Origin: a bacterium
GTDB taxonomy: Bacteria; SAR324; XYD2-FULL-50-16; G965216635
Direction: 5' to 3'
Assembly (NCBI GenBank): GCA_965216635.1
Contig: OZ244188.1
Span: 256,001-320,000 of the forward strand
DNA: 64,000 bases
The notes below the pieces were generated by a model, which searched no databases, had not been told where the DNA came from, and was given only the letters and a program-made list of their open reading frames with translations. This document shows, one piece after another, positions 19,855 through 29,491 of the stretch (the stretch's first letter is position 1; each line of letters begins with the position of its first letter). A program made the position numbers and the translations under genes.

Positions 19855-20034
19855 ATGGCTGTTCCTAAAAGAAGAAAATCTCACAGCACAACAAGGCAAG
19901 GTAGAAATCATAAAAATATGAAATTTATCACTTTAACTCCTTGTTCTCATTGCGGAGAATTAAAATTACCGCATGTGGTGTGTGGTGCTTGTGGTTATTA
20001 TAACAATAAACTTATTAGGGAGGTAGCTTCCTAA
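19855..20034 (+). CDS. rpmF: 50S ribosomal protein L32 (59 aa, not in the ORF track)
   Basis: MAVPKRRKSH...CSHCGELKLPHVVCGACGYY; lies upstream of plsX. Confidence 0.95.
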   Translation: MAVPKRRKSHSTTRQGRNHKNMKFITLTPCSHCGELKLPHVVCGACGYYNNKLIREVAS

Positions 20035-20064
20035 CTAGTAGACCCAACTAATTTTCCTAACTAA

Positions 20065-20371
20065 TAGACCTTTGAATTTGCCAAATAGAACAAAACTAGC
20101 TGTGATGGCTAGCCAAATGGTTATAACAGGTGCGAAAATTTACAAAAAAGCGGAGCATACACGGTAGTATGTGAGTGTTTTTTGTAAATTTTTAATGGCG
20201 TAGTGCCACAATATAACGGGATCAGGGCACTACAAAACTTAAAGCTAGCACAATATAGACTGCAAAAGAGCCACTAACAAAAGAGCCAGTGGCTCTTTTG
20301 CTAAAGCCTGTATTGGCGTAAAAGCAATAAGCTTGTTTTGGCTAAACTAGACAAGCAAATTCAAAAGTCTA
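20065..20371. mobile_element. MITE, long form (~307 bp)
   Basis: TAGACCTTTGAATTTG...CAAATTCAAAAGTCTA, with an internal CAAAAGAGCC-AGT-GGCTCTTTTG hairpin. Confidence 0.85.
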
Positions 20372-20381
20372 ACTAATTTGA

Positions 20382-21371
20382 ATGATAGGTTTAGATGTCA
20401 TGGGGGGAGATTTTTCTCCAGAAGTCCCTATTAGAGCTGCGATCCAAACAGTGCAAAAGCATAAAATCCCTATTCTTTTAATAGGCGATAAGTCTTTGAT
20501 TGAGGAGCAGTTGAAAATACAAAATTACAAAGGAAATTTGTTATCTGTTTTTCATACAGAGGATTTTGTAAGTATGGAAGATTCAGTTTTACACGCTCTT
20601 AGAAAAAAAGAATCTTCTTTATACAAGGCTTTTGCGTTGCACAAAGAAAAAGAAATACAAGGCGTTGTTAGTGCGGGAAATTCTGCTGCATTTTTGGCGA
20701 TTGGCAAATGCATTCTCAAATCTATAGAAGGGATTGATAGACCTTGCATTAGTGCGGTTATGCCTCATCTAAAGGGGAGATTAGTCTTTTTGGATGCTGG
20801 AGCTAATACAGATTGTGAAGCAAAACATCTATTGCAATTTTCTATTTTAGGCTCTATCTATGCTACTGAGTTTTTAAATATTTCCAAACCTAAGGTTGCT
20901 CTTTTGAATATTGGATCAGAAAAAGGCAAAGGGAATAGGGTGGTAAAAGAAGCTTATGATCTTTTAGAAAAGGCTCCTATTCATTTTATTGGTAATATAG
21001 AGGGAAAAATTTTTTTTAGCGGAGAAGCGGATGTGGTGGTAGCAGATGGTTTTGTTGGCAATGTTTTGTTGAAATCTGTAGAAGGATCCGCTAGTTTTAT
21101 GAAGAATTTAGCTAAAAAACATTTCACAGAATCCTTGCTGAGTAAATTGGGAAGTGTTTTTCTTATGAGAAGTATAAAAAAAATCCAAAAAACTATAGAT
21201 TATGCGGAATATGGCGGAGCTCCTCTTTTGGGGTTGAATGGAGTAGCTATAGTTTGCCACGGTGCTTCTCGGGACGATGCTATTGTCTACGCTTTGCGTT
21301 TAGCTCAAAAGAGTGCTGATTGTGGGTATGTTCGCCAAGTTACGGAGAAAATTTTTAATCTTAATTTTTAA
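20382..21371 (+). CDS. plsX: Phosphate acyltransferase PlsX
   Basis: LDVMGGD, SAGNS, LDAGAN, NIGSE..KG and YGGAPLLG. Confidence 0.96.
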   Translation: MIGLDVMGGDFSPEVPIRAAIQTVQKHKIPILLIGDKSLIEEQLKIQNYKGNLLSVFHTEDFVSMEDSVLHALRKKESSLYKAFALHKEKEIQGVVSAGNSAAFLAIGKCILKSIEGIDRPCISAVMPHLKGRLVFLDAGANTDCEAKHLLQFSILGSIYATEFLNISKPKVALLNIGSEKGKGNRVVKEAYDLLEKAPIHFIGNIEGKIFFSGEADVVVADGFVGNVLLKSVEGSASFMKNLAKKHFTESLLSKLGSVFLMRSIKKIQKTIDYAEYGGAPLLGLNGVAIVCHGASRDDAIVYALRLAQKSADCGYVRQVTEKIFNLNF

Positions 21372-21387
21372 TTACTTTAAAAAATCT

Positions 21388-22311
21388 ATGTCTATTGCGT
21401 TTCTTTTTGCGGGGCAAGGATCTCAAAAAGTGGGTATGGGAAAATCTTTTGCCGATGATTCTCTTTGCCAAGAATCTTTTCAGATAGCAAATCAAGCATT
21501 AGGCTATGATTTACAAAAAATTTGCTGGGAGGGACCTGAAGATAAACTGACTCTTTCTGAAAACGCACAGCCTGCTATTTTAACAGTAGCTATTATTGCC
21601 TACCGAATATTTACCCAAATGCATAAAATTCAACCTAGTCTTATGGCTGGACATTCTTTAGGTGAATATAGTGCTTTAGTTGCTTCTGAAGTTTTAGATT
21701 TAGCAGACGCAGTGAAATTAGTGCATAAAAGAGGACAGTTGATGCAAGAGGCAGTACCCGCTGGAGTAGGAGCAATGGCCGCAGTGTTGGGAAAAAGCAA
21801 CGAAGAAATTAAGTTACTTTGCTCACAAATAAGCAGCGCAGAAAAAATGGTTTCGGCTGCGAATTTTAATTGCAATGGACAGGTTGTGGTCTCAGGACAT
21901 AAAGAAGCAGTTTTAGAGCTTTTAGAACAGGTGAAAGGTAAGATGCTTCAAGTCAGTGCCCCTTTCCATTGCCCTTTAATGAGTCCAGTAAAAGAAAAAT
22001 TTGCTCCGTTTTTAAAGGAAGTTACTTTTAAGGACGCTAAAACAGCTATAGTCAATAATGTTCGTGGTGACATTCAAGAAAAAGCAGATAGTTTTCAAGA
22101 ATCTCTGTTGAGTCAAATAGATAGTGCGGTTCTCTGGGAAAGTGGTATCCAAAAAATGCTTCAAAAAGGAATAAAAAATTTTTTAGAATTTGGAGAAGGC
22201 AAAGTTCTTACAAATCTCTTGAAAAGAATAGATAAAGAGGCTATGTTTGTGAATGTAAATTCTTTAGAGGCAATAAACGAATATAGACTGTCGTATTTGC
22301 ATTCTGTTTAG
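21388..22311 (+). CDS. fabD: Malonyl-CoA:ACP transacylase
   Basis: FAGQGSQ, GHSLGEY and VSAPFH. The last codons come from a MITE. Confidence 0.96.
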   Translation: MSIAFLFAGQGSQKVGMGKSFADDSLCQESFQIANQALGYDLQKICWEGPEDKLTLSENAQPAILTVAIIAYRIFTQMHKIQPSLMAGHSLGEYSALVASEVLDLADAVKLVHKRGQLMQEAVPAGVGAMAAVLGKSNEEIKLLCSQISSAEKMVSAANFNCNGQVVVSGHKEAVLELLEQVKGKMLQVSAPFHCPLMSPVKEKFAPFLKEVTFKDAKTAIVNNVRGDIQEKADSFQESLLSQIDSAVLWESGIQKMLQKGIKNFLEFGEGKVLTNLLKRIDKEAMFVNVNSLEAINEYRLSYLHSV

Positions 22312-22482
22312 CCAAAACAAGCTTATTGCTTTAAATAGGTTATGGGCTATAGTAAAAGCTCCACAAAGCAAAAAGAGTAAAAATTTAGCGTTAAGCAAAA
22401 ACGAACTGCCAAAAGGCACTTTGGCAATAATCTGTCTGAAGTTTAAAACAAAAACGTCACATTGGCGAAATTCAAAGTTCTA
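22284..22482. mobile_element. MITE containing the core of the tandem-array unit
   Basis: TAGACTGTCG...GAAATTCAAAGTTCTA, with internal AAAGCAAAAAGAGTAAAAATTTAGCGTTAAGCAAAAACGAACTGC. Confidence 0.75.
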
Positions 22483-22535
22483 GGATATACAGAACCTTTG
22501 CATTAAAGGTTTAAAATAGATAAAAAACATATAAG

Positions 22536-23276
22536 ATGTTAGATTTAAAAAATAAAGTAGCTTTCATCACGGGAGCAAATAGAGGCATAGGGAAAGCTTG
22601 TGCTTTGAAATTAGCAAAAAATGGTTGTAAGATAGCTTTTTTGAATAGAGATGAAGCTTCTGCAAAAACAGCACAGCAAGAAATTTCAGCTTTGGGAGTA
22701 GACTGTATCTATTTTAATGGTGATATTACAGATTCCAAAATGGTAGAAAAATCGGTATCGTCTACTATAGAACGGTTTGCTAAAATTGATTTTTTGATTA
22801 ACAATGCAGGACTTACCCAAGATACTTTATTCATTAGAATGACAGAAGAGCATTGGGATAAAGTTTTGAATGTAAATTTAAAAGGATTGTTTTTTGTTTC
22901 TAGAGAAGTAGCCAAATACATGATGAAAGCGAGAAGTGGCAGGATTATCAATATAGGCTCTATTGTAGGGCATACTGGAAATCCAGCTCAAGTCAATTAC
23001 TCCTCTAGTAAAGCAGCACTTGTTGGCTTTACAAAATCTATTGCTTTAGAGTTGGCAGCTAGGAATATTTTATGCAATTTAATATCGCCGGGTTTTATAG
23101 AAACGGATATGACCGATAAACTTAACGAAAAACAAAAAGAAGATATTTTAAACAAAATTCCTTTAAAAAAAATAGGAACCGCAGAATATATTGCGAATGG
23201 AGTGCTTTTTTTATGTTCTCCTATGTCTGATTATATAACTGGCACTACTTTGCATATTAATGGAGGTTTGTTATGA
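22536..23276 (+). CDS. fabG: 3-oxoacyl-ACP reductase
   Basis: TGANRGIG, NNAG and YSSSK; within the fab cluster. Confidence 0.96.
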   Translation: MLDLKNKVAFITGANRGIGKACALKLAKNGCKIAFLNRDEASAKTAQQEISALGVDCIYFNGDITDSKMVEKSVSSTIERFAKIDFLINNAGLTQDTLFIRMTEEHWDKVLNVNLKGLFFVSREVAKYMMKARSGRIINIGSIVGHTGNPAQVNYSSSKAALVGFTKSIALELAARNILCNLISPGFIETDMTDKLNEKQKEDILNKIPLKKIGTAEYIANGVLFLCSPMSDYITGTTLHINGGLL

Positions 23277-23334
23277 TAAAATCTTATGGTGATTTTTTTA
23301 TTTAAACTTAATAATAACTTAAACTTAATAAAAA

Positions 23335-23571
23335 ATGAGTGATCAATTTGAAGATATAAAAAAAATAATTGTAGATCAATTGGGAGTGGAAGAAAGTAAA
23401 GTTGTTCCTGAAGCAAAATTTATAGATGATTTAGGAGCAGATTCTCTAGATATAGTAGAGCTAATTATGGCGTTTGAAGAAAAATTTCAGGTAGAAATTT
23501 CTGAGACAGAAGCGGAAAACATCCAAACCGTCCAAACTGTGATGGATTATTTGGAAAAGTCTACCAGTTAA
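23335..23571 (+). CDS. acpP: Acyl carrier protein
   Basis: [12 protein letters not shown]. Confidence 0.98.
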   Translation: MSDQFEDIKKIIVDQLGVEESKVVPEAKFIDDLGADSLDIVELIMAFEEKFQVEISETEAENIQTVQTVMDYLEKSTS

Positions 23572-23627
23572 CAATACGAGAGCATTGCATTAGATAGTAG
23601 CTAGGCGAAGCGTTCACCTTTTTAAAA

Positions 23628-24860
23628 ATGGAGAGAAAAGTAGTAGTAACAGGGATAGGTAGTATTAACGCACTAGGTAATTCTTTGACAGAAAGTTGGA
23701 GAAAAGCAGCTGCGGGTATAGGTGGTATTGATACTATCACGAAATTTGATGCTTCTGAGTTTAAAAGTCAGATGGCAGCAGAAGTAAAAGGATTTGATCC
23801 CTCTGCGGTGATTCCCCATAAAGAACTAAAAAAACTAGGTCTTTTTATCCAATACTCTCTTTGTGCTACTAAAGAAGCACTAGAAGATGCCAATTTAACT
23901 ATTACTGAAGAAATTGCAGAATCTGTTGGTGCTTTAGTGGGAGTAGGTATAGGAGATTTAGATTATATCTATAGAACTTCTGTTTTGATTAAAGATGGCA
24001 GACAAAACAGAGTATCCCCTTTTTTTATTCCAGCGACTCTGCCTAATATGGCATCAGGACAAATTTCCATTTTTTTTGGAGCTAAAAACTACAATGCTTC
24101 TGTTGTTTCAGCCTGTTCTTCTTCTAATCATTCCATAGGCGATTCTGCGAAAATCATTAAAAGAGGAGATGCTCAGGTAATGATTTGCGGTGGTGCAGAA
24201 TCTACTATTTGCTCTTTAGCTATTGGAGGTTTTGCCGCAATGCGGGCTTTATCCTGTCGTAATGACAGTCCTAAAACAGCTAGTCGTCCTTATGATACAG
24301 GTAGAGATGGTTTTGTTTTGGGAGAAGGTAGCGGTATTTTGATTTTAGAAGACGAAGAATTTGCCAAAAGTAGAGGAGCGAAAATTTATGCAGAAATAGC
24401 AGGGTATGGTTTTAGTGCTGATTCTTTTCATATGACTGCTCCTTCTTTGGAGGGACCAGCTCAATCTATGAAAATGGCTCTTAAAAATGCTCGAATCAAT
24501 ACTTCAGAAATAGACTACATTAACGCACACGGTACTTCCACCCCATTAGGAGACAAAAACGAAATCAAAGCTATTAAATCCGTTTTTGGAGAATATGCTA
24601 AAAAAATATCTATTAGTGCGACAAAATCTATGCACGGACATGTGCTAGGAGGTGCTGGAGGAATTGAAGCAGCTCTTAGTCTTAAAGCTATGCAGGAAGG
24701 AATAGTTCCTCCCACTATCAATATTGAAAATCTTGATCCAGAATGCGACCTAGATGTCACACCCAACAAAGCCAAAGAAAGAAAAATAGATGCGTTAATG
24801 AGCAACAGTTTTGGTTTTGGAGGCACCAATGCTACTCTTATCTTCAAGAAATACAGTTGA
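23628..24860 (+). CDS. fabF: 3-oxoacyl-ACP synthase II
   Basis: SACSS, NAHGTST, KSMHGH and SNSFGFGG. Confidence 0.97.
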   Translation: MERKVVVTGIGSINALGNSLTESWRKAAAGIGGIDTITKFDASEFKSQMAAEVKGFDPSAVIPHKELKKLGLFIQYSLCATKEALEDANLTITEEIAESVGALVGVGIGDLDYIYRTSVLIKDGRQNRVSPFFIPATLPNMASGQISIFFGAKNYNASVVSACSSSNHSIGDSAKIIKRGDAQVMICGGAESTICSLAIGGFAAMRALSCRNDSPKTASRPYDTGRDGFVLGEGSGILILEDEEFAKSRGAKIYAEIAGYGFSADSFHMTAPSLEGPAQSMKMALKNARINTSEIDYINAHGTSTPLGDKNEIKAIKSVFGEYAKKISISATKSMHGHVLGGAGGIEAALSLKAMQEGIVPPTINIENLDPECDLDVTPNKAKERKIDALMSNSFGFGGTNATLIFKKYS

Positions 24861-25531
24861 GTATTCAAGAGAACTATCTGAAAATCCTAGAAAAAATTCA
24901 AAAATGCAAAGAGTTCACAGAGCGTGTGAAATTAGTTGCTGTTTCTAAATTTAAGCCCTATTTAGATATGCTGCAGCTTTATCAAGCAGGGCATAGAATA
25001 TTTGCAGAAAGTAGAATCCAAGAAGCAAGAGATAAAAAACCTTATTTGCCGCAAGACCTTAGGCTTCATTTTGTGGGTAGGGTACAAACCAATAAAGTCA
25101 AATATATTCCTAGTATTTTTAATACTGTGCATTCTCTTTCTGATTTAAAAGTAGCTCAGATTTTAGAGCAAAAATGTTTGGAGCAAGATAAAAAAATGGA
25201 GGTTTTGCTACAGATGAATCTCTGTCAAGAACAACAAAAAAGCGGTTTATTGAATTACGAGGAACTTGCTCTATTAGGGACAGAATTATTAAAGCTGAAA
25301 CAGCTCAAACTCGTTGGTTTAATGACTATTCCAGCCTTCAATCTTAATACAAAAGAAACTACTAAAATCTACTCCAAATTGCGAGAGCATAAAGAAAAAT
25401 TAGCAAGAGAATTAGGTATAGAAACACAACTCACAGAGCTTTCTATGGGTATGAGTGGAGATTTTGAAATAGCCATAGAGGAAGGAGCGACCTATGTGCG
25501 CATCGGCACGGCGTTATTTGGCGAACGTTAA
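24857..25531 (+). CDS. yggS: PLP homeostasis protein
   Basis: LVAVSK, HFVGRVQTNK and LSMGMSGD...VRIGTALFG. Likely TTG start overlapping the fabF stop. Confidence 0.92.
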   Translation: MSIQENYLKILEKIQKCKEFTERVKLVAVSKFKPYLDMLQLYQAGHRIFAESRIQEARDKKPYLPQDLRLHFVGRVQTNKVKYIPSIFNTVHSLSDLKVAQILEQKCLEQDKKMEVLLQMNLCQEQQKSGLLNYEELALLGTELLKLKQLKLVGLMTIPAFNLNTKETTKIYSKLREHKEKLARELGIETQLTELSMGMSGDFEIAIEEGATYVRIGTALFGER

Positions 25532-25603
25532 TTCAACAGACGCGAGAATGTCTCTAAAAGCCTTATAATATTGATTGAAATTATAAGGTAAGTAATATTT
25601 TTA

Positions 25604-26320
25604 TTAAAATAATTTTGGGAGTGTATCCCTTGTGTGATTTTTACACAACAATCCAGCTGAGTAGTTTTGTTTTAATAAACTACGATCAATTATGCTGATA
25701 AAATTTTGTTGGGAATTTAATGCATTATCAAATAAATTAAGTTGAAGTAATGATACCAACAAAGCACAAGTTCTAGCTTGGCAAGCTATGGACTTTTTAG
25801 GGTTAAATTCAATATCTGTAAAACCTTTAAATTTTAATAGTTTTTCTAGATAATCTTGATGAGGGTGAAGGGCAGTGAGGTACAACCAATCATAAAATGC
25901 AGTCTCTGGTTTCAATGACCATTTTTGTCCAAAATAATCAAATCCAATAAGTTTTCCTGATTCTTTAAGTATAAGGTCTTGTCTTGCTGATCTACTATCT
26001 TTTTCATAAATATCTGTATAAGGTCCTCCTTGTTCAAATACTTTACTCCCTTGATAAGCAGATTCAATGCTTATATATCCTCTACTAGTTTTTATTTTTA
26101 GATTGAATGCACTCAATCGCTTTCCGAGCAATACTTCAGATTTTGTAGAAGCCTCTAATAATGGCAACAAGCCTTTTTTTTTTGCTGCTTTATGTAGGGC
26201 TGCAATATTTTTTTTCTTTTGTTCAACTGCAAAGCCAGGGTTCCATTCAAACTCAACTTGCAGTTCTTCAACTAGATTTTCTGTTTTACCAACAGGAATA
26301 AATACGGGTCGTTTAGCCAT
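25604..26320 (-). CDS. NADAR-like antitoxin of DarTG1 type (DarG1-like)
   Basis: MAKRPVFIP, LSAFNL, ESAYQGSKVF, AFYDWLY and FTDIEFNPKKS..CQA; coupled downstream of a DarT-like gene. Confidence 0.75.
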   Translation of the reverse strand: MAKRPVFIPVGKTENLVEELQVEFEWNPGFAVEQKKKNIAALHKAAKKKGLLPLLEASTKSEVLLGKRLSAFNLKIKTSRGYISIESAYQGSKVFEQGGPYTDIYEKDSRSARQDLILKESGKLIGFDYFGQKWSLKPETAFYDWLYLTALHPHQDYLEKLLKFKGFTDIEFNPKKSIACQARTCALLVSLLQLNLFDNALNSQQNFISIIDRSLLKQNYSAGLLCKNHTRDTLPKLF

Positions 26321-26837
26321 TTTCAATACTTATAATCATATTTAATGGAATACAATCAGGGACAAGAATTTCTGATTTTACTGCTAATCTACGTCGCTTT
26401 TTAATCTCTGGGTCATTCCAATCCATACCTTTGTACTTGAAAATGACATCAAAATCAATTCTTTTTTCTGCCTCCTCTGATGTAAAAAGAATAGCATCTG
26501 ATTTATTGGCTACCTCAGAGCAAAATTGTATCCCTTCTTGTAAAAGTATAGAAGATTTAATTTTCAACCACTTTGGATTTTTTATCCTTTGCTTTGATTT
26601 TACTGTATAGAGCATTGGATGTTCCTTGATAAATGTTAAATGCACAAATTTATGTAGATTTTTTTGTTTATCTGCATCATGACTCCATTTATTTCCTCCA
26701 AAAACAGGGTGAATTTGTTGCCTTTCAATTTCTTCTAAAGAAAATATACCTTTATGTTTCTTTATTAACGCAATATTTGATTCTTCCGTAAAATGCCAGA
26801 CGCTATTAATTATATATTTTTTAATTATTTCTTTCAT
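26313..26837 (-). CDS. DarT (DUF4433) DNA ADP-ribosyltransferase toxin
   Basis: WHFT..SN..I...GI.S, FVHL.F..HPM.Y, and C-terminal SEILVP..IP carrying the catalytic Glu. Confidence 0.8.
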   Translation of the reverse strand: MKEIIKKYIINSVWHFTEESNIALIKKHKGIFSLEEIERQQIHPVFGGNKWSHDADKQKNLHKFVHLTFIKEHPMLYTVKSKQRIKNPKWLKIKSSILLQEGIQFCSEVANKSDAILFTSEEAEKRIDFDVIFKYKGMDWNDPEIKKRRRLAVKSEILVPDCIPLNMIISIENG

Positions 26838-27066
26838 TCTAGGAGTGCATTTTTATTTTTATCTATTCCAGAGAGATTTTGCGCTAATGTTTTGTTTAGC
26901 ACCAATGTATTAAATAATTTTACTTTAAAAAGTTATTAAACTATTGATTTAGCTGAATAAAATAATAAAAAACTGTGTGCTAAACGGCTAGTTTTTAAGG
27001 AAAATAGTTTATTTTCTGGTTGTTTTCTAAACTTGTAAATCACTAATGTAATGCTTTTGTATTGTA

Positions 27067-27341
27067 TAGACTTTTGAATTTGCATTCTGTTTAGCCTATG
27101 CAAGCTTATTGCTTTCACCCTATACAGGCTTTAGCAAAAGAGCCATTGGCTCTTTTGCAGTCTATCTTGTGTTAGCTTTAAGTTTTGTAATGCATTGCAC
27201 TACGGCATTAAATTTTTTTTTTTAACTCTTGAAATACTTACACATTCCTACGAGCTAAAATTTTTTTTTTCGCACCTGCTCTAACCATTTGGCTAGCCGT
27301 CACAGCTGGTTTTGTCCTATTTGGCGAAATTCAAAGGTTTA
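27067..27341. mobile_element. MITE, long form; provides the plsC stop codon
   Basis: TAGACTTTTGAATTTG...GAAATTCAAAGGTTTA, with a GCAAAAGAGCC-ATT-GGCTCTTTTGC hairpin. Confidence 0.85.
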
Positions 27342-28054
27342 TTGTATAAAACTTTTGCTTCTTCTAAACCTGCTACCATTCTTTGGTGGCAGGCTTTTAT
27401 AAATAACTCTAGACTGGAATAATTTTTAGGATATACAAACCCGCAGTTATAGACCACAATCTTTTTTCCAAGAACAGGAAATGTCTTATTGCTCGGTAAA
27501 ATCAGGTGGCTACCGTAATGTGCTAAAATAAGTGTTGCGACTTGATGATGGTAATAAAAATCAATCAACCCTCGTTTGAAAGGTGCCAATTTTTTACCAT
27601 TTCCTCTAGTTCCTTCAGGGAATATACACAGGGGTATTTTTTGTTTTAGCCTTTGCTCGCATTTTAATTTAACCCTACAAAAACTGGCAATGCTAGAACG
27701 CTTTAAACTGATAGAGCCTAAAAGTTTTTGATTCCATCCAAAAAAAGGTATTGCTAAGGAATATTTTGTAATAAAGCCACAGCCAAAAAAACACATAATA
27801 ATACTAGCATCCATAGAAGATTGATGATTGGTAAAGATTATTAGAGGTTTTGTTTTTAGAGGAGTCTCTTCGTAATAATGTAACTTAATTCCAAAACCAG
27901 TTAGTAGACTTTTACACCAAATCTTTGCGGGTATCCTTGAAATTTTCGCTTGCCATTTTTGAGGTAAAAAATACACCCAAAAAAGTACTATTGGAATGAA
28001 TAAAAAAAATAGTAATGCTATAAGAGCAAAAATTAGATTGAATTTCATTTTCAT
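27317..28054 (-). CDS. plsC: 1-acyl-sn-glycerol-3-phosphate acyltransferase
   Basis: NHQSSMD and FPEGTR motifs. Confidence 0.85.
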   Translation of the reverse strand: MKMKFNLIFALIALLFFLFIPIVLFWVYFLPQKWQAKISRIPAKIWCKSLLTGFGIKLHYYEETPLKTKPLIIFTNHQSSMDASIIMCFFGCGFITKYSLAIPFFGWNQKLLGSISLKRSSIASFCRVKLKCEQRLKQKIPLCIFPEGTRGNGKKLAPFKRGLIDFYYHHQVATLILAHYGSHLILPSNKTFPVLGKKIVVYNCGFVYPKNYSSLELFIKACHQRMVAGLEEAKVLYNKPLNFAK

Positions 28055-28099
28055 TGATTTTACTTATACAAATTACAAATTGGAATTTTAAAGGAAAAA

Positions 28100-28654
28100 C
28101 TAATATAGAGCAACTATTTTTTTAGGGTGAGTTCTTTTATTTTTAGGAATTAGCTGTAGCGATTCTTGTAGAGTTAAATCTGTATTAGGCTGTTTGAAAT
28201 CTGGTGCTATTTCTAACAAGGGCAATAAAAAAAAATCTCTATTCAAAAAGTCATAGTGCGGTATGGTAAGAGTTTTGGTTGTTATAATTTTTTTTCCAAA
28301 AAAAAGTAGGTCTACATCTATTGTTCTGGCTTGTCCTTTTTTCCTCAAACTTTTTCTGCCTAGTTTTTTTTCAATTTCTTGAGTTATTTTAAGAACTTCC
28401 CAAACGTCTTTTTCTGTTGTAAAAGAAAGCACACAGTTATAATAATTTTCTTGATAAAAATTGGCGTAGGGTTGAGTTTCATAGAGCGAGGAAATTTTTA
28501 ATTTTCCAAAGTTTTCTTGAAGTAGATTTAAGGCTTGTAGGATGTAATTTTTTCTAGGTTTAATGTTACTGCCTAATGCAAGAAAAACTTGGGAGTTCAA
28601 AATTCTAAATATGGTAACTAGGGGAGATTCTTTGAAAAATTTCATCAACCACAT
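28100..28654 (-). CDS. folK: 2-amino-4-hydroxy-6-hydroxymethyldihydropteridine diphosphokinase
   Basis: LALGSN, SSLYET, RTIDVDLL and IPH..RDF.L.PL. The start is uncertain and may be further downstream. Confidence 0.92.
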   Translation of the reverse strand: MWLMKFFKESPLVTIFRILNSQVFLALGSNIKPRKNYILQALNLLQENFGKLKISSLYETQPYANFYQENYYNCVLSFTTEKDVWEVLKITQEIEKKLGRKSLRKKGQARTIDVDLLFFGKKIITTKTLTIPHYDFLNRDFFLLPLLEIAPDFKQPNTDLTLQESLQLIPKNKRTHPKKIVALY

Positions 28655-28940
28655 TGGAAAGGTTTTTAGGCAATGTTATAAATAGATTATCTTTTTCTCC
28701 TTCCCAATAGGTTTCTTCTAGAGAACGACCGTGATCAGACACTTTTTGGTAGGTGAACCATTGCGATTTTTTGTAAATTTGGAGCTTTTTTCTTACCCAA
28801 GCGGAGTGCGATTTTTCCCAGATAGTACGAAAATCTGTTTTTCCCCAAATAAAATAGACTTCTAAAATTCCCGTTTTTCTTTCTAATTTAAAAATATGGT
28901 AGTTTTCGTTATCTACGGTAATGGTTTTTAATTGTTTCAT
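28605..28940 (-). CDS. Hypothetical protein
   Basis: 111-aa ATG ORF co-oriented between moaE and folK. Confidence 0.55.
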   Translation of the reverse strand: MKQLKTITVDNENYHIFKLERKTGILEVYFIWGKTDFRTIWEKSHSAWVRKKLQIYKKSQWFTYQKVSDHGRSLEETYWEGEKDNLFITLPKNLSNVVDEIFQRISPSYHI

Positions 28941-29041
28941 TTTCTAATTAGCCGTTTCTTTAAAAGTCATCAAACTATTGATTTAACTGAATAAAATAAT
29001 AAAAAACTATGCTAAACGATCAATTTCTAAGGGAAAACTAA

Positions 29042-29446
29042 TTATTTCCATTGAAATGAATCATCTTTAAAAACTTCCTTTTTCCAAATCGGTACTTTTT
29101 TTTTTATCATTTCTACACATTGTTCGCAGGCTAAAAAACTCTCTCTACGATGAGTCGCAGCTGCGACTACAAAAAGGCTGCACTCACAAGGTTTTACTTC
29201 ACCCAAACGGTGTACAATAATCATTTTTTTAACAGGGTAGCAGGTTTTGATTTCTGTAATAATTTTTTCTAAATTTATCTTTGCTAATTCAAGATAAGTC
29301 TCATAAAAAAGGTGTTGGAGTTTTTCGTCTGTATTTTGTCTGACAATCCCAGAGAAACAACAAACAGCACCTATATAATCACTTACTGCTTTTTGATAAT
29401 ACTGTTCTATTTTTATCGGGTTTGTGTTTAATTTTATAATATCCAT
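29042..29446 (-). CDS. moaE: Molybdopterin synthase catalytic subunit
   Basis: GAVCCFSGIVR, HRLG, HRRESF and VPIWKKE. Confidence 0.92.
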   Translation of the reverse strand: MDIIKLNTNPIKIEQYYQKAVSDYIGAVCCFSGIVRQNTDEKLQHLFYETYLELAKINLEKIITEIKTCYPVKKMIIVHRLGEVKPCECSLFVVAAATHRRESFLACEQCVEMIKKKVPIWKKEVFKDDSFQWK

Positions 29447-29491
29447 AATCCTGTAACGATAATTCAAAGCTCTCGCAATGATTTAAAAATG

